Source: Octopus sinensis (Eukaryota). From it: a DNA stretch of 64,000 nt. Below the pieces are notes generated by a model that saw only the letters and a list, made by a program, of their open reading frames with translations, did no database searches and had not been told where the DNA came from. Both the position numbers and the translations under genes were made by a program. Below, piece by piece: positions 1 to 14,761 of this stretch. Every line of letters begins with the position of its first letter. Position 1 is the first letter of the stretch. The stretch is taken from NCBI RefSeq assembly GCF_006345805.1, contig NC_042998.1, positions 76,074,001 through 76,138,000 of the forward strand, in the 5' to 3' direction.

Positions 1-103
1 AATGTAATTGACTTAATCCCTTCCCCCAAATTTGAGGCCTTGTGCATCCAGTAGAAAGGATTCATCATCATCATCATCATCATCATCATCGTTTATTATT
101 ATT

Positions 104-330
104 AGGCAGCATGCTGGCAGACTCATTAGCATACTAGAAAAAGTGTTTAGTAACATTTCTTCCAGCTTTACATTCTGAGTTCAAATGCTGCTGGGGTTGA
201 ATTTGCCTTTCACCCTTTTAGGGTCGATAAAATATGCACCCATCAAACACTGGTGTTGATGTAATTGACTAGCCCCTTCCCTCAAAATTTCAGGTTATGT
301 GCCTATAGTAGACAGAATTATTATTGTCAG
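104..330 (+). mobile_element. tRNA-derived SINE with Nin/Deu-like central domain
   Basis: Head with A-box-like GCTGGCAG and B box GAGTTCAAAT; core GCCTTTCACCCTTTAGGGTCGATAAAA; related copies at 1-60, ~870-990, ~52117-52335 (+) and ~60205-60385 (-). Confidence 0.75.
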
Positions 331-580
331 ATTTAGGGTTATGGGTGAGTGTAGTACCTCCTTGTGAGACACCTCACCACCACCACCAGTTGATCATAAA
401 CAATGCAAAAGTTGAAAGTGTTCAACTCTGTTTTCTCATATGGTAGATTGTTTAGGTCTCACTTCCATCTTCTAAACTTTATTTTTACAGCTTCTTGGAT
501 CAAAAGGGTGTTAGAGAGACACACTTGAAGTACCAGAAGAAATACCTTGTGGTATTTCTCCTGGTGCTTCAACATTTTAA

Positions 581-861
581 CCCTTTAACGTTTAAACAGG
601 TCATAACCAGCCCAAATATACATCTGTTTTATGTTCAAACTGGTCAGATCTGATCTCTCACACCTATTCTACACTGGCATTCTGAAACTAGACAATCACA
701 TCATCAAAATCTCAAAGCTCTGAGATAATGCATGATTATTTCAAAACAATATGAATAAATGGCGGTGCCCCAGCATGGCCACAGCTCATGAGCTGAAACT
801 AGAATCAATCAATCAATCAAATAAATATTGCCTTTGACAGAGTACTCTGAATGCTAAAAGG
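581..861 (-). mobile_element. piggyBac-type MITE with an inserted SINE 3' tail (761-819)
   Basis: TTAA flanks (577-580, 862-865) and CCCTTTA TIRs; the insert ends in (ATCA)n and is flanked by an AATAAAT TSD (754-760, 820-826). Confidence 0.75.
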
Positions 862-3554
862 TTAATATTCTGAATTCAAACTGCTTTTCACCCTTTCAAA
901 ATCAACAAAATGAAGTACCAGTCAGTTAATGGTATTTATTTTTATCAATTGTCTCCCTCAAATTTCTGGTTTTGTGTGTATGTAGAAACAATTATTAAAA
1001 CTGTAAATGGCTATATATAAATTGATGGACTTGTGTATGGGTGGGGATCACCAGCTGGTTACACGAGATGTTTAGTCAATATTGTGTTGGGTGACTTTTT
1101 AGGAATGTCTGTATATCCTTTATTCAAGTTTTTATTGATAACTGATTTGTTAAATCCAAAATTGGCCAAAAGCAGTGCTAAAGTATTCAGCTCTGTTTTT
1201 TCATGTTGATGTTTTATGCCCCACTGCTATACTGAACACATAAGCATAAACACATAAACATTATTTTTAGCTTTTTTTTTTTTAGACCAAAAATCCCAAT
1301 TACAATGTTCAATGGCTTTCACATGCAAAGGTCCACCATCACATTGATAATGTCTGCATATTAGCCTTATCCTTATATAGAACAGGTTAAGTTTTACAGT
1401 AAGGTAGCATTGGAAATTCAAAGAAACTGGTGATGGTCTGTTTTGTTAGTAACATTTAGGTTGAATTTGATAAGTTCAGTTGCTGTGAGGAGTTGAATTT
1501 AACATATCAGTCCTTAGCTTTTGTCTGAGAATGAGGAAGAAAGTGTTGTTGCTTGAAATGTGGGCAAGTAAATAATGGGGAGTGATAGGCAAATGCTAAA
1601 AGAAAGAGAGGGTGAGAAGTGTGTGAGGCAGGATATATGAAGAGGTAAGAAACTAAGAATTGGTGGAAGAAAAGAGAAAGAATGAATACCTCAAGTGAAG
1701 GTAAAATGGAAAGTTGGAATTCTTGTGAAGAACAAAGAAATAGTAAACAGAAGAAGCAGACAGAGCAATAGTGCCTAGCACCAATTTTGAATTATCTGTT
1801 TATTGGTCATCGAGAAAGAAGACATGTTGTGACTTGGAGCAGAACACTTTACATTATTTTAGCTTTGTACTGTTTTAGCCAGTTGTCTTTTTTTTAGTCT
1901 CTCACCCTTCATTTCTTTCAGAAGAGTATCTCTACTAGTTGCAGCCTGCTACTTATTGTAGAATCTTTTTCTTTATAGTTCCCTCTCATTTTCTTTGCAT
2001 AAAAGAAGAGATACTTTTGAACCATTTATTCTAATATATCATAGGCTACAAAAGATTTTATAAATCAGAAATACTTTAGAATGTGTTGATAAATAACAAA
2101 TAATCACATTCTTGAAATGAAAATTTTGAATGTTAGTCACTGTTTGAAAATAGACAATTTAAGGAAGTGGGAATCATCATTATGTTTCATTTATATCAAA
2201 ATTTAATTTTCAATGAAAGACTTTTGTTCATCACCTAAAGTGTATTCTGCAAGTTGGTTCAAACCACTGGAAACATGTGTATCAACTATTTAATCATAAC
2301 AGTATGCGCCCACCATAGTAACTATTTGCAATACAAAAATCTCATAGCTATGTTAGATCTTGACCATTGTTCAATCTAACAAATGAAAGTAGAAATGACA
2401 AATTTATCACAGTGTGTATACATGTGTGAAGAATAGATGCATCTGAATTATAAATCTCTATATACAATGGGCTAATTAAAATGATTAAAAGAATGTGACC
2501 ATTACTCTGTTAGAGGATAAGAATAGTAAAAAGTATAATAGGAGAGAATTTAGTCTGCCTACTAATTATCAGTGTCATAGCAGATACAATGACCTTATTT
2601 TAAAGATAACATTTACTTACACTGGTATCAGTAACTAGTTCCATGGTTCTTAATTGGCTCAGTTGCACTTATGTTACCAGTTAAAAAAAAAATCTACTTC
2701 AAATCTTTTGCTAATTTGTTGATGGTATTTTTAGGCTAGGAGATTTATTTCCTGGTGTATTTGAAAATAATGAACATTCAATTTTTTTTCTTTTTTTTAT
2801 AATTATAGACATTAATTAATAAAGAGACATTTTTGTAATTTTTAACTCAACTGAGCAGTATGGCAGTCAGGACATAGAGTCTCTCTGCTGTCTAGTGTAT
2901 TTCTGTATGCCTATAGATTCTGGTGGTTACCACAGTAGAGGCAAGTATGATGGACTTGGTTAGAACATGACTGTTGCTGGTCCTCTTTTGATGTACATTG
3001 GACTGTGTTTGAGGTTAGTGGAGTTATATGACTGTATGCAGTAACTTCAGCTATTTTGTGTGTGTGAGGGAGAGAGAGAGTAAGGAAGCGATGGATTGCT
3101 GTAGAAATAATAGTCAACAGTATGAGTGTAGGAAGGATGTAAAATCAAGATGCTTATAGTAAGAGTGGCAAGTGGGAAACAAGGAGATGAGCAGGTGCAA
3201 AATGGGTGAAAGGCACAGATGTAGATACATATACTGTAGCCTAGTTGGATCCTTTCCAGAACTGTATGTTACCAATTATCTTGGTTTTTTTGTCATCACT
3301 TTCAAGATCTGCAACATGCTGAAATTACTCTTCATCCCAAGAATTTCTCAGTCTCTATCTTCCACTCAGAATTTCTAGATACAACTCCCATCCCCCATAT
3401 ATATCCCATGTCTGTATCAACACACTCTTTTCTTTTGCACACTACATTTAATTCCTCTAATATCCAGTTTTACTCTCAGCTCATTTGTATTCTGTTGTTG
3501 TTGCACACTGACATTATACATCCAGGAGAAAATGCTTGCTTTTTTTCTTTCTAG

Positions 3555-4610
3555 TGTTGACAAGTCCTCTAGAGTCAAGACCTACTACTATGCAGTATCA
3601 CACTTTGTACACAAGCATCATACAGTTTGCCTATCACTTTGAAGGAGAAGCCCTATGTTGCTACTAGAAGTAATAGTTTGCTAAATTTTTCTAACCCATT
3701 CTTACTCTGGCTGCTATGTTTTTGTTGTACTTACTTCCACTACTAATTAGGTTACCTATGTAACAGAAGCAATCAACAACTAGGGAGTCTTCCAAACATT
3801 TTGGGAGAATCTGTTTCACATGTGCTCTTGGTGCTTATTGCCTTATGCACCTACTGCATATGAAGTTTACCTTCTCTCTTAGCCTGTGATCCCATTATAT
3901 CTCTTGCGTGTCTTTCGTCTACACTGGATGCACTGTATGGAATTTTTCTCTTCTCCCTTTCTACATATTGAGCATAGTCATTTTCTTAATAGTAACAGGT
4001 TTCATCTCTCCTACTTACTGGAACTTTGGTCTTTACTAAATTTACATCTCAATTTCAAGTTTTGTTTCCATGTCTGGAATTTCTTCTAATTTACCCTTGA
4101 GAACTAGGTTACCATCATAGAGAGCTGGTTTTAAACACTTATTTTATGAGCTAGAGGACTGTGTTCCCACAGACAACCAGTCTTAAACTCTTCTGTTATG
4201 GTTTGGATGACTAGAATAAATTGGTGGGGGTGGGGGGACCGAGTTCTAATGGACCTATACTGGCATACTAAATTGAATTACAGAACTCTTTGCTGAGTTG
4301 CTTCGCTGACTGTATACCCTTGTGCATAACTTGGACAGCCTTTACAAACCATTTATCTACCCCTAGTTTCTTTAGCAATCACTAGATCACAGAACAAGAA
4401 ATCCTGCCAAAGACCTCCATGTCTGCAAACACTAAGTATAGGGGCTTACTCTTAGTTAAGTGTTTCTTCAGATGTCTCACTTGGAATATTATATTGGTGG
4501 TACCTCTTCCTAGCACAAATTTGAACTGTTTCTCATCCAAGCTAATCCTGTTCCTAATCAAATTTGCAATGACACTTTCCTTGCCTTTCATAACCTGTAT
4601 CAAGCAATTT
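3555..4610 (-). mobile_element. Decayed RTE-clade LINE fragment (RT region)
   Basis: ORF 4382-4603 reads RISLDEKQFKFVLGRGTTNIIFQVRHL...KPLYLVFADMEVFGRI, a degenerate QFGF..GRSTTDAIF..R..EK..FVDLEKAFDRV motif. Confidence 0.8.
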
Positions 4611-4849
4611 TAACCTAGTCCAGTACATATCAAGAAAACAGTATTGCAATACACTCTCATCATCATCATCGTTTAATGTCTGTTTTTCATGATGGCATTA
4701 TTTGAACAGTTTGATAGAAGCTGGCCAGACTCCAATTGTCTGTTTTGGCATGGTTTCTAAGGCTGGATGTCTCTCCTAATTTCAACCACTTTACTGAGTG
4801 TACTGGGTGTTTTTATGTGCCACTTTCTTTATGCAAAAGTAAAGTTAGT

Positions 4850-5350
4850 AAAAATGTTGAGCCTAACAGTTGGTGACCTCATATGACAACCTCACAAATA
4901 ACATTGTTCAATAATATCACAAAGGCTTGGCTTTTTCTTCAAGGCCAGACAGTATTAGTTGCTGACTCTACATAAAGTTTTAAATCCCAACTACACTGGA
5001 GTACTCTTAGAATATTTGAGATGGTACTCCTGTTTGTTTATCTCTCCCCATACACTCTTTCTCTCTCTCTCCCTCTCTCTCACACACACATACACACACT
5101 TTAGACTTCATCCAAGGGATAGTCATTTAGTTGATGGCAAAAACTCATTACAACCACAGACATCTCAGGTGCACTGTTTCTTTTCTCTTACCTCTTTTAC
5201 ATCTACTACTACAGCACCTGCTCCAATACATTGTTTCTTATCCAAGTATTCGTACTGTACCCTCCCTGTGGGGTTATTTCAAGGACTCAGTATATTTAGA
5301 TTAATAGGATTAGTTGAGATCTTGTCAGTCATTGACACAGCCCCCCCCTC
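4850..5350 (+). mobile_element. Decayed CR1-like LINE 3' fragment
   Basis: Degenerate KASQRLGFLF...TLYKA..RPTLEY-like stretch, similar to 39560-40070. Confidence 0.45.
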
Positions 5351-5387
5351 TTCACTAACTGATTAAGAGGAGAAAAAAGACAGAATT

Positions 5388-5600
5388 ATTGTCATCATCA
5401 TCATTGTTTAATGTCTGCCTTCCATGCTGGCATGGATTAGACAGTTTGACAGGAGCCAGCCAGGTAGAAGACTGCACGAGGCTACTGTGTCTGTTTTGGC
5501 ATGGTTTTTACATTTGGATCCCCTTCCTAAAACAAGCCACCCCACTGTGTGGACTGAGTGGTTTTTACATAGTACCAGCACTGATAGGGTCACCAAGAAT
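5388..5600 (-). mobile_element. RTE LINE 3' tail / tail-derived SINE ending in (GAT)n
   Basis: catcatcattgtttaatgtctgccttccatgctggcatgg terminus shared with ~4658-4830, ~8120-8290 (+), ~26270-26580 and ~48705-48860. Confidence 0.75.
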
Positions 5601-6004
5601 TATACCAGAATAAGTATAATTTGTTCTCAAGGAACTTAATATATTGTTTGTTTGCAAGAGTTCTAAGTATGTGTATGATTTGTTTTTTATGCTTTTCTGC
5701 ATTTTGTGAATGATGATGTAGAGGTGTTTTACTTCTGGCTTGTGTATGTATTGAGTCTTTATGATGGATGTTGTTGGTAAAAAGGGAGATAGTCTTTTTC
5801 TTTGGTGTCAGATTTCTAGTTACTCTTATAATGTAACTCGTGGTGCTACCTATTTTGTCTATTTCTGAACATTTGGAAATTGAAACTTCAATAATAAAGG
5901 ACTTCAGAATATTTTCTCATTGCTGAATGTTTTTGTGAAAAATATTTTATAGGTTTAAACCTGTTAAAATACCTTTAAAAATGATGCATATTTTGTAGTC
6001 ATTA

Positions 6005-7583
6005 TATTTCATTATCATTTAATATCCGTTTTCCATGCTAGATGGTTTGACAGAAGCTGACCAGCTGAAGGGCTGTTCAGGCTCCATGTCTGTTTTGGCA
6101 TGATTTCTACAGTTGGATGCCATTTCTAATGTTAACCACTTTAAAGTGTGTACTGGATGCTTTTTTGCAGCACTGGCATGGATACTTTTTACATGGCACC
6201 AGCACCTACAAGCCCGTAAGATTAGAGATGCTCAGCTGGAGAGGGTTGCAAGGGCAACCATGCTTTTACTTAGCTTGATGTGTCTTTTCAAGCACAGCAA
6301 ACCACCAAGAGTCTTGATTTGTAATCCCCTTTGTGAGTCCTAACATTTGTAGATCCTTTCTCACCACTTCATCTTTTTGGGGTTACTGCTTCCCCATGTT
6401 CTCTCTACTGTTAGAGTTTGGCACCTCTTGATGCAACTGTCCTCATTCGTATGCATTACATGGCCACATCATGACAGTCTTTTCTTTTGTACACACCACC
6501 TGATGCTACATTTACCCATTTTCTTTTCTCTCAAAACACTTACACTTTGTCATATATGCACTCTGACATTACCCATTCAGTGAAGCATACTGGCTTCATT
6601 TCTTTCAAGTTTTTACATATCCTCTGTAGTCATAGCCCATATCTCACTGCCATATAGCATAGCTGTCCATACACTGGCACCGTACAATCTGCCTTTCACT
6701 CTGAGGGAGAGGCCCTTCATTACTAACAGGGGCAGTAGCTCTTTGAATTTCACCAGTCTATTCTTATTCTAGCAGCTATGCTTTCAGAACAACCACCCCC
6801 ACTACTAACTTGGTCACCTAAGTAACAGAAACTGTCTACTACTTTTAGGGATCCCCTTGGCATATGAGGGAGTCTATTTTTTGTACATTCCTGGTGTTTA
6901 ATGTACCTGTACATCTGCTACATGTAAAGACTACTTTCTCTGTTAGTCATCGAATGATACTGCTGCACCTCTATGTGTCCATAGCTTGCACTGGGTGCAC
7001 CTTATGGAATTTCCCCTGACACCTTTTGTACATATTGAGCAAAGCCATCTCCCTGAAGGTATCTGCAATTTATCTGTTTTCCTACCTATCAATACTTAGG
7101 TCTTTGCTACATTAACTCTAAGGCCCTTTGATTCCTAACCTTGCTTCAATACCTGAAGCTTCTCTACTTCTGGTAAGTGATTCAGCAATAAAAACAAGGT
7201 CACCAGCATGAAGGAGCTCCCAGGAGTAGCCAGTCTCAAATTCCTCAGTTATAGCTTGGAAGATCATGATAAACAAGAGGGGGCTAAAAACCGACCCCTT
7301 GCTACTTGTACACTAAAATCCTTGCTATACTAATTGGTGACTCTCACCTTACCAACAGCATCCCTGTACATGGAAGATGTACAGCTCTCATTAACCACTC
7401 ATCTGTCTCTGGCTTCTGCATTGCTCACCAGATAAGGGAGTGGGGGACCCTGTCAAAAGCCAGAAGCAGGTGTTTATTTTTGCCTAAGTATTTCTCCTGC
7501 TGTTGCTGTAACAGGAAGATAGCATTGGTTGTGCTTTTCCCTGGCACAGATCCAAACTGCATCTCATCTATGCTAATTTCTTC

Positions 7584-7618
<35 letters not shown>

Positions 7619-7655
7619 CATACATTGAAGCAGTAAGCATGATGAACATCTAGGA
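6005..7655 (-). mobile_element. 5'-truncated RTE LINE (RT to 3' tail) with a (TA)n expansion at ~7586-7614
   Basis: EEISIDEMQFGSVPGKSTTNAIFLLQQQQEKYL...AFDRVPHSLIW, followed by the C-terminal region and the shared tail. Confidence 0.85.
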
Positions 7656-10201
7656 AATGGATTCTCTTAAATACCTTGATTGTCTTCTTAGAATTGATTG
7701 ATAGTTTTTGCATCCTAGGAATAGGTGTTCTGAAAGCGTAGCAGCTAGAGTAAGAGTGGGCTGGAGAAAATTCAGGAAACTATTATCTCTGCTGGCATCA
7801 AAAAGCTTCTCCTTCAGAATGTAAAACAGATTGTGCAATGCTGTACAATAGCAAACTGTGGGCCTGGAATGCAGAGAATTTATGAAGACAAGAAAGTAAA
7901 GAAGCATGGATGTACAATGTTAGTGTGCATGAATGGTAAAGTATCAATGAGTTGAGAGAAAAACTGCATATAAGAGACATGAGATGTAGTGTGCAAGAAC
8001 AAAGAGCAAAGGAAATGGGGAAAAAACCCTGATGATTGGTGCCTATTCATTGCACTTTCTTTTATCTATTTATCATCTTCTAGTCACTGTATCCTATCAC
8101 CCCACCCCACACATTTCTCATACTAGTGCAACAGTAAAATGCACCCTGTACAGAAAAAGTATTCAGTCATGGGAACTGTGTTAAAATAATATATGAGCAA
8201 GTTGTGGTCAACTCTGAATAAGAACTGATTTGGAAAGTAATGCTCTATCCAGGCCATGCTTGCATTGAAAGCAAATGTAAAATGATGATAAATAATTTAA
8301 TTTAGTTTCTTAACTGTAACTTTTACATTGCTTATTTAGTTTTGTTATCTAAATTCATAAAGACAAGCTTCTAGTATAATTCAGATGTCATTAAGAATTT
8401 CAGTTTGCAACTATATGTTGTGTTCAAACTCACTGCTACATTTTGAGCAAATATTTTTTACCATAGCTTCAAGTTGGCCAAAACCATGTGAGTGAAATTT
8501 AGTTGAAATTGTGGGGAAGCCTGCCAGAGAAGCCTTTCTTGTTCTTGGGTAGTAGACTTAATCTGTCAGCCAGTTTAATACCAACACTTGAACCTCTTAC
8601 TGCCCTCCTCATTGCAGGCATTCAGCCTGAGGGAAACTGAAAAAATGGTTATAGGTGCATAGCTTCCTCTTTCGGTAAAATATTAAAAAAAAACTATGTA
8701 AAAAAAATTAATATTAATTGCTGTTAAACAACAATAGAGCAGTTCTTTTGAATTAATATTTACCCATACTTTGCATAGGCCTTTATTGATATAAGGTAAT
8801 ATCTATGAACTTTAGTATTATATCTGAAGCCAAACAAATATATTTCATCTTTGATGTATCATGTATTTCTCATTCACTAATTGAAACAATTTACCCCCTC
8901 CCCCTCCAATTATTTGGACTAATTTTATTGATTTTTAATTCTTGAAATTGATATGATTTTTAATGGAGCTATATTTTTTTGTACACTACCTGACATTTGA
9001 AAATTGATAGGGCTTGAAGGAAAGGTTCTGGTCTAAATCAATAAAACTTTGTAGATATGCATCTATATATTTGCAACAAATTGGTGTTGATCTTGGGCAT
9101 ATGGTTTACAAACTAATGTATATGCATGAAATGTAAAACTAACATCATGAGCAATTACTGTGGCTGTCTTGCACAAACTCCAAACCTTGTTAGCATATTG
9201 CTGTTTGTTAGCTACTACTCATTCTAAATACTCTGGTTAGAAATATTTAAATCACAAGAGGCTGGTTCTAATCTTAGATTTTTATCAAACTTAAAAGGTT
9301 GGAATTTCAGGATGAAAACGTCATATGAAGAAATCTTGTTTCATACACTTGTACAACTTATCTATAAAGAAAAGGATATTTCTTGAGGAGCAAATCATTG
9401 AGATGATATGAAATAGAAGTAAATTCAGTCATCTGTGTGATGTGGGCAAACTGGTTGTACAAGTGTAGATAATACTATATTTAGTAGTCCGTAAGTTGAA
9501 AAATACCTTTTTGTATAAAAAGTATAACAAAAGACTAATTTTTATGTTGGCTTTCAGTGATGAAGATTATGGACAATTATGATGGTTCACTTGATGCAGT
9601 GTGTACACAGATTGTTACACAAGATATGTGATTAGTGCTCTGGTTAGGCTGCTTATTTTATATCTTAAGTTTTGTAGTGTCAAGAAGCTCAGGAAACTTC
9701 CATTGCTAAAAATAAAGGAATACTCTGTTAATAGAAAAAAGTACATTGTATGATGTACTGTGAAAATATACACACATCACATGGAGTGACTGAAAGGGAA
9801 CAAATTTGGTGGTTGTATAATGTGAATGTGAGAATATATTGACAACGATGACACTAAAATGTATAAAACTGCAGAATGTTGGTGATAATGAGTAGCAGTG
9901 GCAGGAATAAATTTAGGATTTATGTGTGTGAAATAGGAAAAATGTTGTTCAAACATATGCCATGATAGTAGTGATGGTAACATTGATAATAAGTGATGTC
10001 ATTAATTAGCACTCTGTCAGGCAAACTTATAATCATCACCAGTCACGACCACTCCTTTTTGTATGTCTAGGACTTTGTCCAATGTATCCTTTCTTTTTTA
10101 ATATGGTAGGATATGGTTCGAGGAAAATTTGGCTACTGTTTCTGGCAGGTTGAATAACTGTAAAGTTTATGGTAGTAGTGGTAACAGTGTTAAGGTTTTA
10201 A

Positions 10202-10895
10202 CCCTTTAGCATTCAGATTACTCTGTCAAATGTAATGCTTATTTGTTCACATGCTGTGACTTTGAAGACCTGATAAATGAAGTGAGTTCATGGCTCGCAG
10301 GATGGCCTGCTGTGCTAACCTTTGATCATAGAGTGACTCACTGTTCTTGAGGAGACTTGTTGAGTCAAGTTTGTCAACATCAAAAATTCGAATGGTAATT
10401 GTAGTTAAGACACCAGTGCTGGTGACACGTAAAAGCACCGTTCGAGCATGGCAGTTACTAGCGTCGCCTGACTGGCGTCCGTGTCGGTGACACGTAAAAG
10501 CACCAACCGATCGTGGCCGTTTGCCAGCCTGCGCTGGCTCCTGTGCCGGTGGCACGTAAAAGACACCCACTACACTCACGGAGTGGTTGGCGTTAGGAAG
10601 GGCATCCGGCTGTAGAAACACTGCCAAATCAGACTGGAGCCTGGTGCAGCCTCCATGGCTTACCAGACCCCGGTCGAACCGTCCAACCCATGGTAGCATG
10701 GAAAACGGACGTTAAATGATGATGATGATGATTATTATTTTGAAGTAATCATGCGTTATCTTCAGATTTAAGGTTTTGATGATATGATTGTTTATTTTTA
10801 GAATAGGGTAGGTATGAAAGGCTGGATTTTGTGAGTTTGAACATAAAACAGGCAGAATATTTTGGCCTGATATTGCTGGTTTAAATGCTAAAGGG
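10202..10895 (+). mobile_element. piggyBac-type MITE interrupted by a young RTE 3' end (~10253-10735)
   Basis: TTAA|CCCTTTAGCATTCAG ... AATGCTAAAGGG|TTAA; the insert is CpG-rich and ends GTTAAATGATGATGATGATG. Confidence 0.85.
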
Positions 10896-11559
10896 TTAAT
10901 TATTATTTCTCTATCAAAAACTCTGTGGATATTGGTTATAATCATAGAAGTGGAATAGTGCTTAGTTTGTTAGTATGACTCTGAGATGTTTGTTAGTATG
11001 ACTCTGATTAAATATATAAATGACATAGGCTCTAGATGACCTGTGCTGTGTAGCTATTTGGTTGAACAACTTTGGTGTAATGTAAAGATTTAGTACTCCA
11101 AACACAACTTGAATGATAACATGCAAGTCTTCAACTGAACAACTAGATTCAGAATTCCAGATACATAATGATGACCTGTGCCATGTAGGTATTCAGCTGG
11201 AAAACTAGGTGTAATCTATAAATTCATCACTCCAAGTATAACATACCTCCATCTCATTGACATGCAGTAGTATAGATGTTGTAGGTTAGCAATCTGGGCA
11301 TGATGAATTTTTTTCATGTCTTAACAATTGTTGCCTGTTGCTTGATGAAGTAAATCTATGGTCAAAGACATTCCAGCTGTGACCAGTCCAGCAAAGGAAC
11401 AATTATGTGTTACGTTTTTATTTTTTTTTAGTGTATTAGAAATATCAGCCAAATCTTCCTCAAATTTTATGCTACTATCCTAAAAGAATAAAGAGATGTT
11501 GCATAGTGTAATGTATAGATGTGGCGGTACCCACAACAAAAACAAATAAGTTGGACAAC

Positions 11560-13070
11560 TAATTTTCTGCTACACTTATTATAGGTTATCCCAACACAGT
11601 TTTTGGAGATAATGAGGCTGTTGATGCTATTACTATTTTTGTTTGTCTGGATTGAAGAGGAAAAATAGTGAATGTGGGATAGTAAGGTAGATCTGTTTGC
11701 ATGTTTAGAGGATTGAACATGTACCAGTTATGACTGTGGGTTAGATTTGATGTAACCACAAACTATGTGCTTTGCATATCTAGGGTTTTTGATTTTTATT
11801 ATTTTTGTTATGTTAGGGTTGTGATTTGTGAGTTTATTGTTTAGCCTTTATAATTGTTTGTGTTTTGTTATGGAGAGCTAGGGGGATGAGACAGGTTTGT
11901 CATAATCCACAAATCTAATATAATGTTTGTACACTGATGTTGCTGTTTCTTTGTTAGTCAAATGCAGTGTCTGCATGTGTTCTTTGTGGGTTTCATATCA
12001 CTTTTTATATTTTTTTACCATATGTCCTGTGTGGATTGTAAATGTTGTAAACATGTCAGTAATTCTTAAATTTTGGGGTTTTTGTGTATTTTAAATGTGT
12101 GTGAATAACTTATGTTTATTTGTTGAGTATGATAGTTTGTTATATTTGATGTGCTTTGATCTTTTTAGAAAGATGATAGACAGTATATTTAGTAGGTTAC
12201 TTTTTGTCTCTATACTGGAACCAGATTTTAAAGTGTTTGAAGTGGTTGTGGAGTGTTTAACAGAGATGTCATTTTTCTATAAGGGTGCATATATTTTGTG
12301 GATATAGGAAGATCATGCAGATATAAGCTAAAAAGAGTAGAGGAGAGACTAGATCCTGCTGGTGCCATATCTGTAAAATTACACACTGTTGCTGATGTCA
12401 TCCTGCATTTTTTTGTATGAGTGGCACTTAATAGTTGAATTGTAGTTGGAAAGAAAGTGTAGGTTGGAAATATCAATAACTAATCTTTTAATGGTTTATG
12501 TTATTTCAGTTAAGTTTTTGGTTTTAGAGTTATTATTTAGCTCATTTCACATAATTCAAAGATTCCTTTAGTAGAAGTAATTGAATATTGTATTTATTGA
12601 GTATTGAAGTGTGTTTAAGGTTTGATATTTTCTTTTGCTTTTGATATGTGATGGGAGTGAAGGAACATGGTGTAGGTGGAAGCTGTGCATTTTGTGTTCT
12701 GTTTTCCTTATGCCTTTTTTTTTATTTGTAGGGTGGTTACTGATATGAGAAAAGTATTTAATAAGGGAATTTTTTTCTTTATGGTGTACATATTTTGTCT
12801 GAAGCTATTATGACATCTGATATAGTGTGGTTGTTAGAGTTGTTGAATACTCTTAATTACATTTTTGAAGACATTCTATTTTGTTTGTAGGTTATGTTGA
12901 GTACAAATATTTACCACTTCATTAGTTGCTTGTTTAGTTTCTAAATGTTGAATTTTAGTTCTTTGAAAATGATTTGAAGGTGATGACTTTGCACAAAATA
13001 GACATCTATTGGTTTTGTAAAAGAGAAAACTGATATAGGGCCTAGTAATCCTAAAATCACCTAATCAGTT
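11560..13070 (-). mobile_element. Decayed I/Jockey-like LINE RT fragment
   Basis: MAPAGSSLSSTLFSLYLHDLP, a degenerate GVPQGSxLSPxLFxxYxxDLP RT motif. Confidence 0.6.
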
Positions 13071-14214
13071 AAATTAAGAAAAAAAATGTTTTTAAAGAGC
13101 AAAAGTAATCCAAATGGATTTGGCATCAACTTATGGATCACATGTCTAAAAGTTGTTATGGATGTTGCACTATATCCTTGTGTAATAGATTTAATGCTGC
13201 TTCCACCAAGTTGGACATGTGATGGTTAACTGTAAATACATCACCTTATCTCTCTACAGAGTTTTGAATCTTGGTTTAAAACCAGTCACTGCAAAAAGAA
13301 AATGAGGAAAATTTTGTGGAATTAATTCTTCAAATCTTGTATGATATTAGTTTCAGATTTAATTTGCCAAAGGTTATTGACAGGTTCCTACAAATGTTTT
13401 GATTCAATATCCGTTTACATATTCACATGTGTGTGTGTAACTTGTATTTATACAATAGCAGTTCTGAATATTTCAATTATATAAAGGATTGGTTGGTTAC
13501 TTAACATTTCCTCTTTTATCAACTTCAGTTGACATAGCTTGATCATCTGTTTGACGTATTTCAATGACGGAAGTACTTATTGTTTTATACAGTGATGTAA
13601 GAGGCTGAGTATTTCACAAAACGTTATATTCCCTAATGCAGTCCTTTAGAAGGTTCAGTATGATACTGATACAAAGCTGGTCATGGGGTTCTGTCTAACC
13701 AATTTAGGTCACAAGACTTGGGTTAACTTGATGTTATGGTGAATGACACTTACCTAAACAGATATGGCAATGCTGTCTAAACTAACACTGTATGAAGTTC
13801 ATTAGAGTTATGAGCAAGTACAGGTTCAGAAATAAACAGTAGTTACAACAACTACAACTACTGCTCCTATTGTTGAATATCTCTATAAGAAGACAAAACC
13901 ATAAGTACTACTCAACATATTGAAGTTTATTACAGTAAACTAACACAAATGCTATTCTTACAACCTACCACCAACACCATCATTATGATCATGGTGATGA
14001 TGATGATGATCATCATCATAGTCTTTTTAGTCAGCTCATATGATCTTGAAAGTAAAAGGTTCAGTTATAAGTGATGTAAGGTCCAATGTTTAGGGACACT
14101 AAGTTTCTACCAAATATGTAATACTATGTAGTATATTGATAGAATTGTTTATCAAAATATTACATTTTTAAATTGTGACTTGTTCTTAAAATTACAAATA
14201 CTTTTTTTCTATGA

Positions 14215-14480
14215 CTGGATGCCCTTCCTGTCACCAACCCTCATCTGTTTCCAAGTATAAGTAATATTTCCTCATGGCCAGACATGTTTCATGGAAGATT
14301 GGAAATCACTCTCTCTCTCACACACACACAGTGAGCTTCTTTCAGTTTCCATCTACTAAATCCCACACAAGGATTTGTTTGACCTGGAACTGTAATAGAA
14401 AATATTTGCTGAAGGTGCTACACGAAGGGATTGAACCCAGAACCATATGATTAAGAAACAAACTTCTTCGACATTCAGCC
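14215..14480 (-). mobile_element. Degenerate copy of the abundant tRNA-derived SINE family (see 25706)
   Basis: ttcagtttccatctactaaatcccacacaaggatttg...gaacccagaaccatatgatt matches the reverse complement of 25706-25860. Confidence 0.7.
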
Positions 14481-14761
14481 ACACATGCACCACTTAATAT
14501 CTTTAGATATTAAAATTTCTTACAATATTAAATGTCATAAGGAAATAGAAGTAACAAACTTTTGAAATGTCTTCATTAATTAAAGTTCGTGGATATAATT
14601 ATACAAACTGACATTATGTGTTTATGTTTCTTAGTGATCATGTATTCATTAAATCAGATGTAACCGTCAAAAAAGGACATTCATTTTCTATTTAAGATTA
14701 TTCTTTAAATTTGTTTAAATTAGTATTGATTAGTTTATTTATTCATTTACTTTTGTTTAAT

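Noticed and set aside
9558-9630. Candidate first coding exon (ttcag|TGATGAAGATTATGGACAATTATGATGG...)
   Set aside because: MKIMDNYDGSLDAVC lacks the ELSF motif, and there is no strong phase-0 donor.
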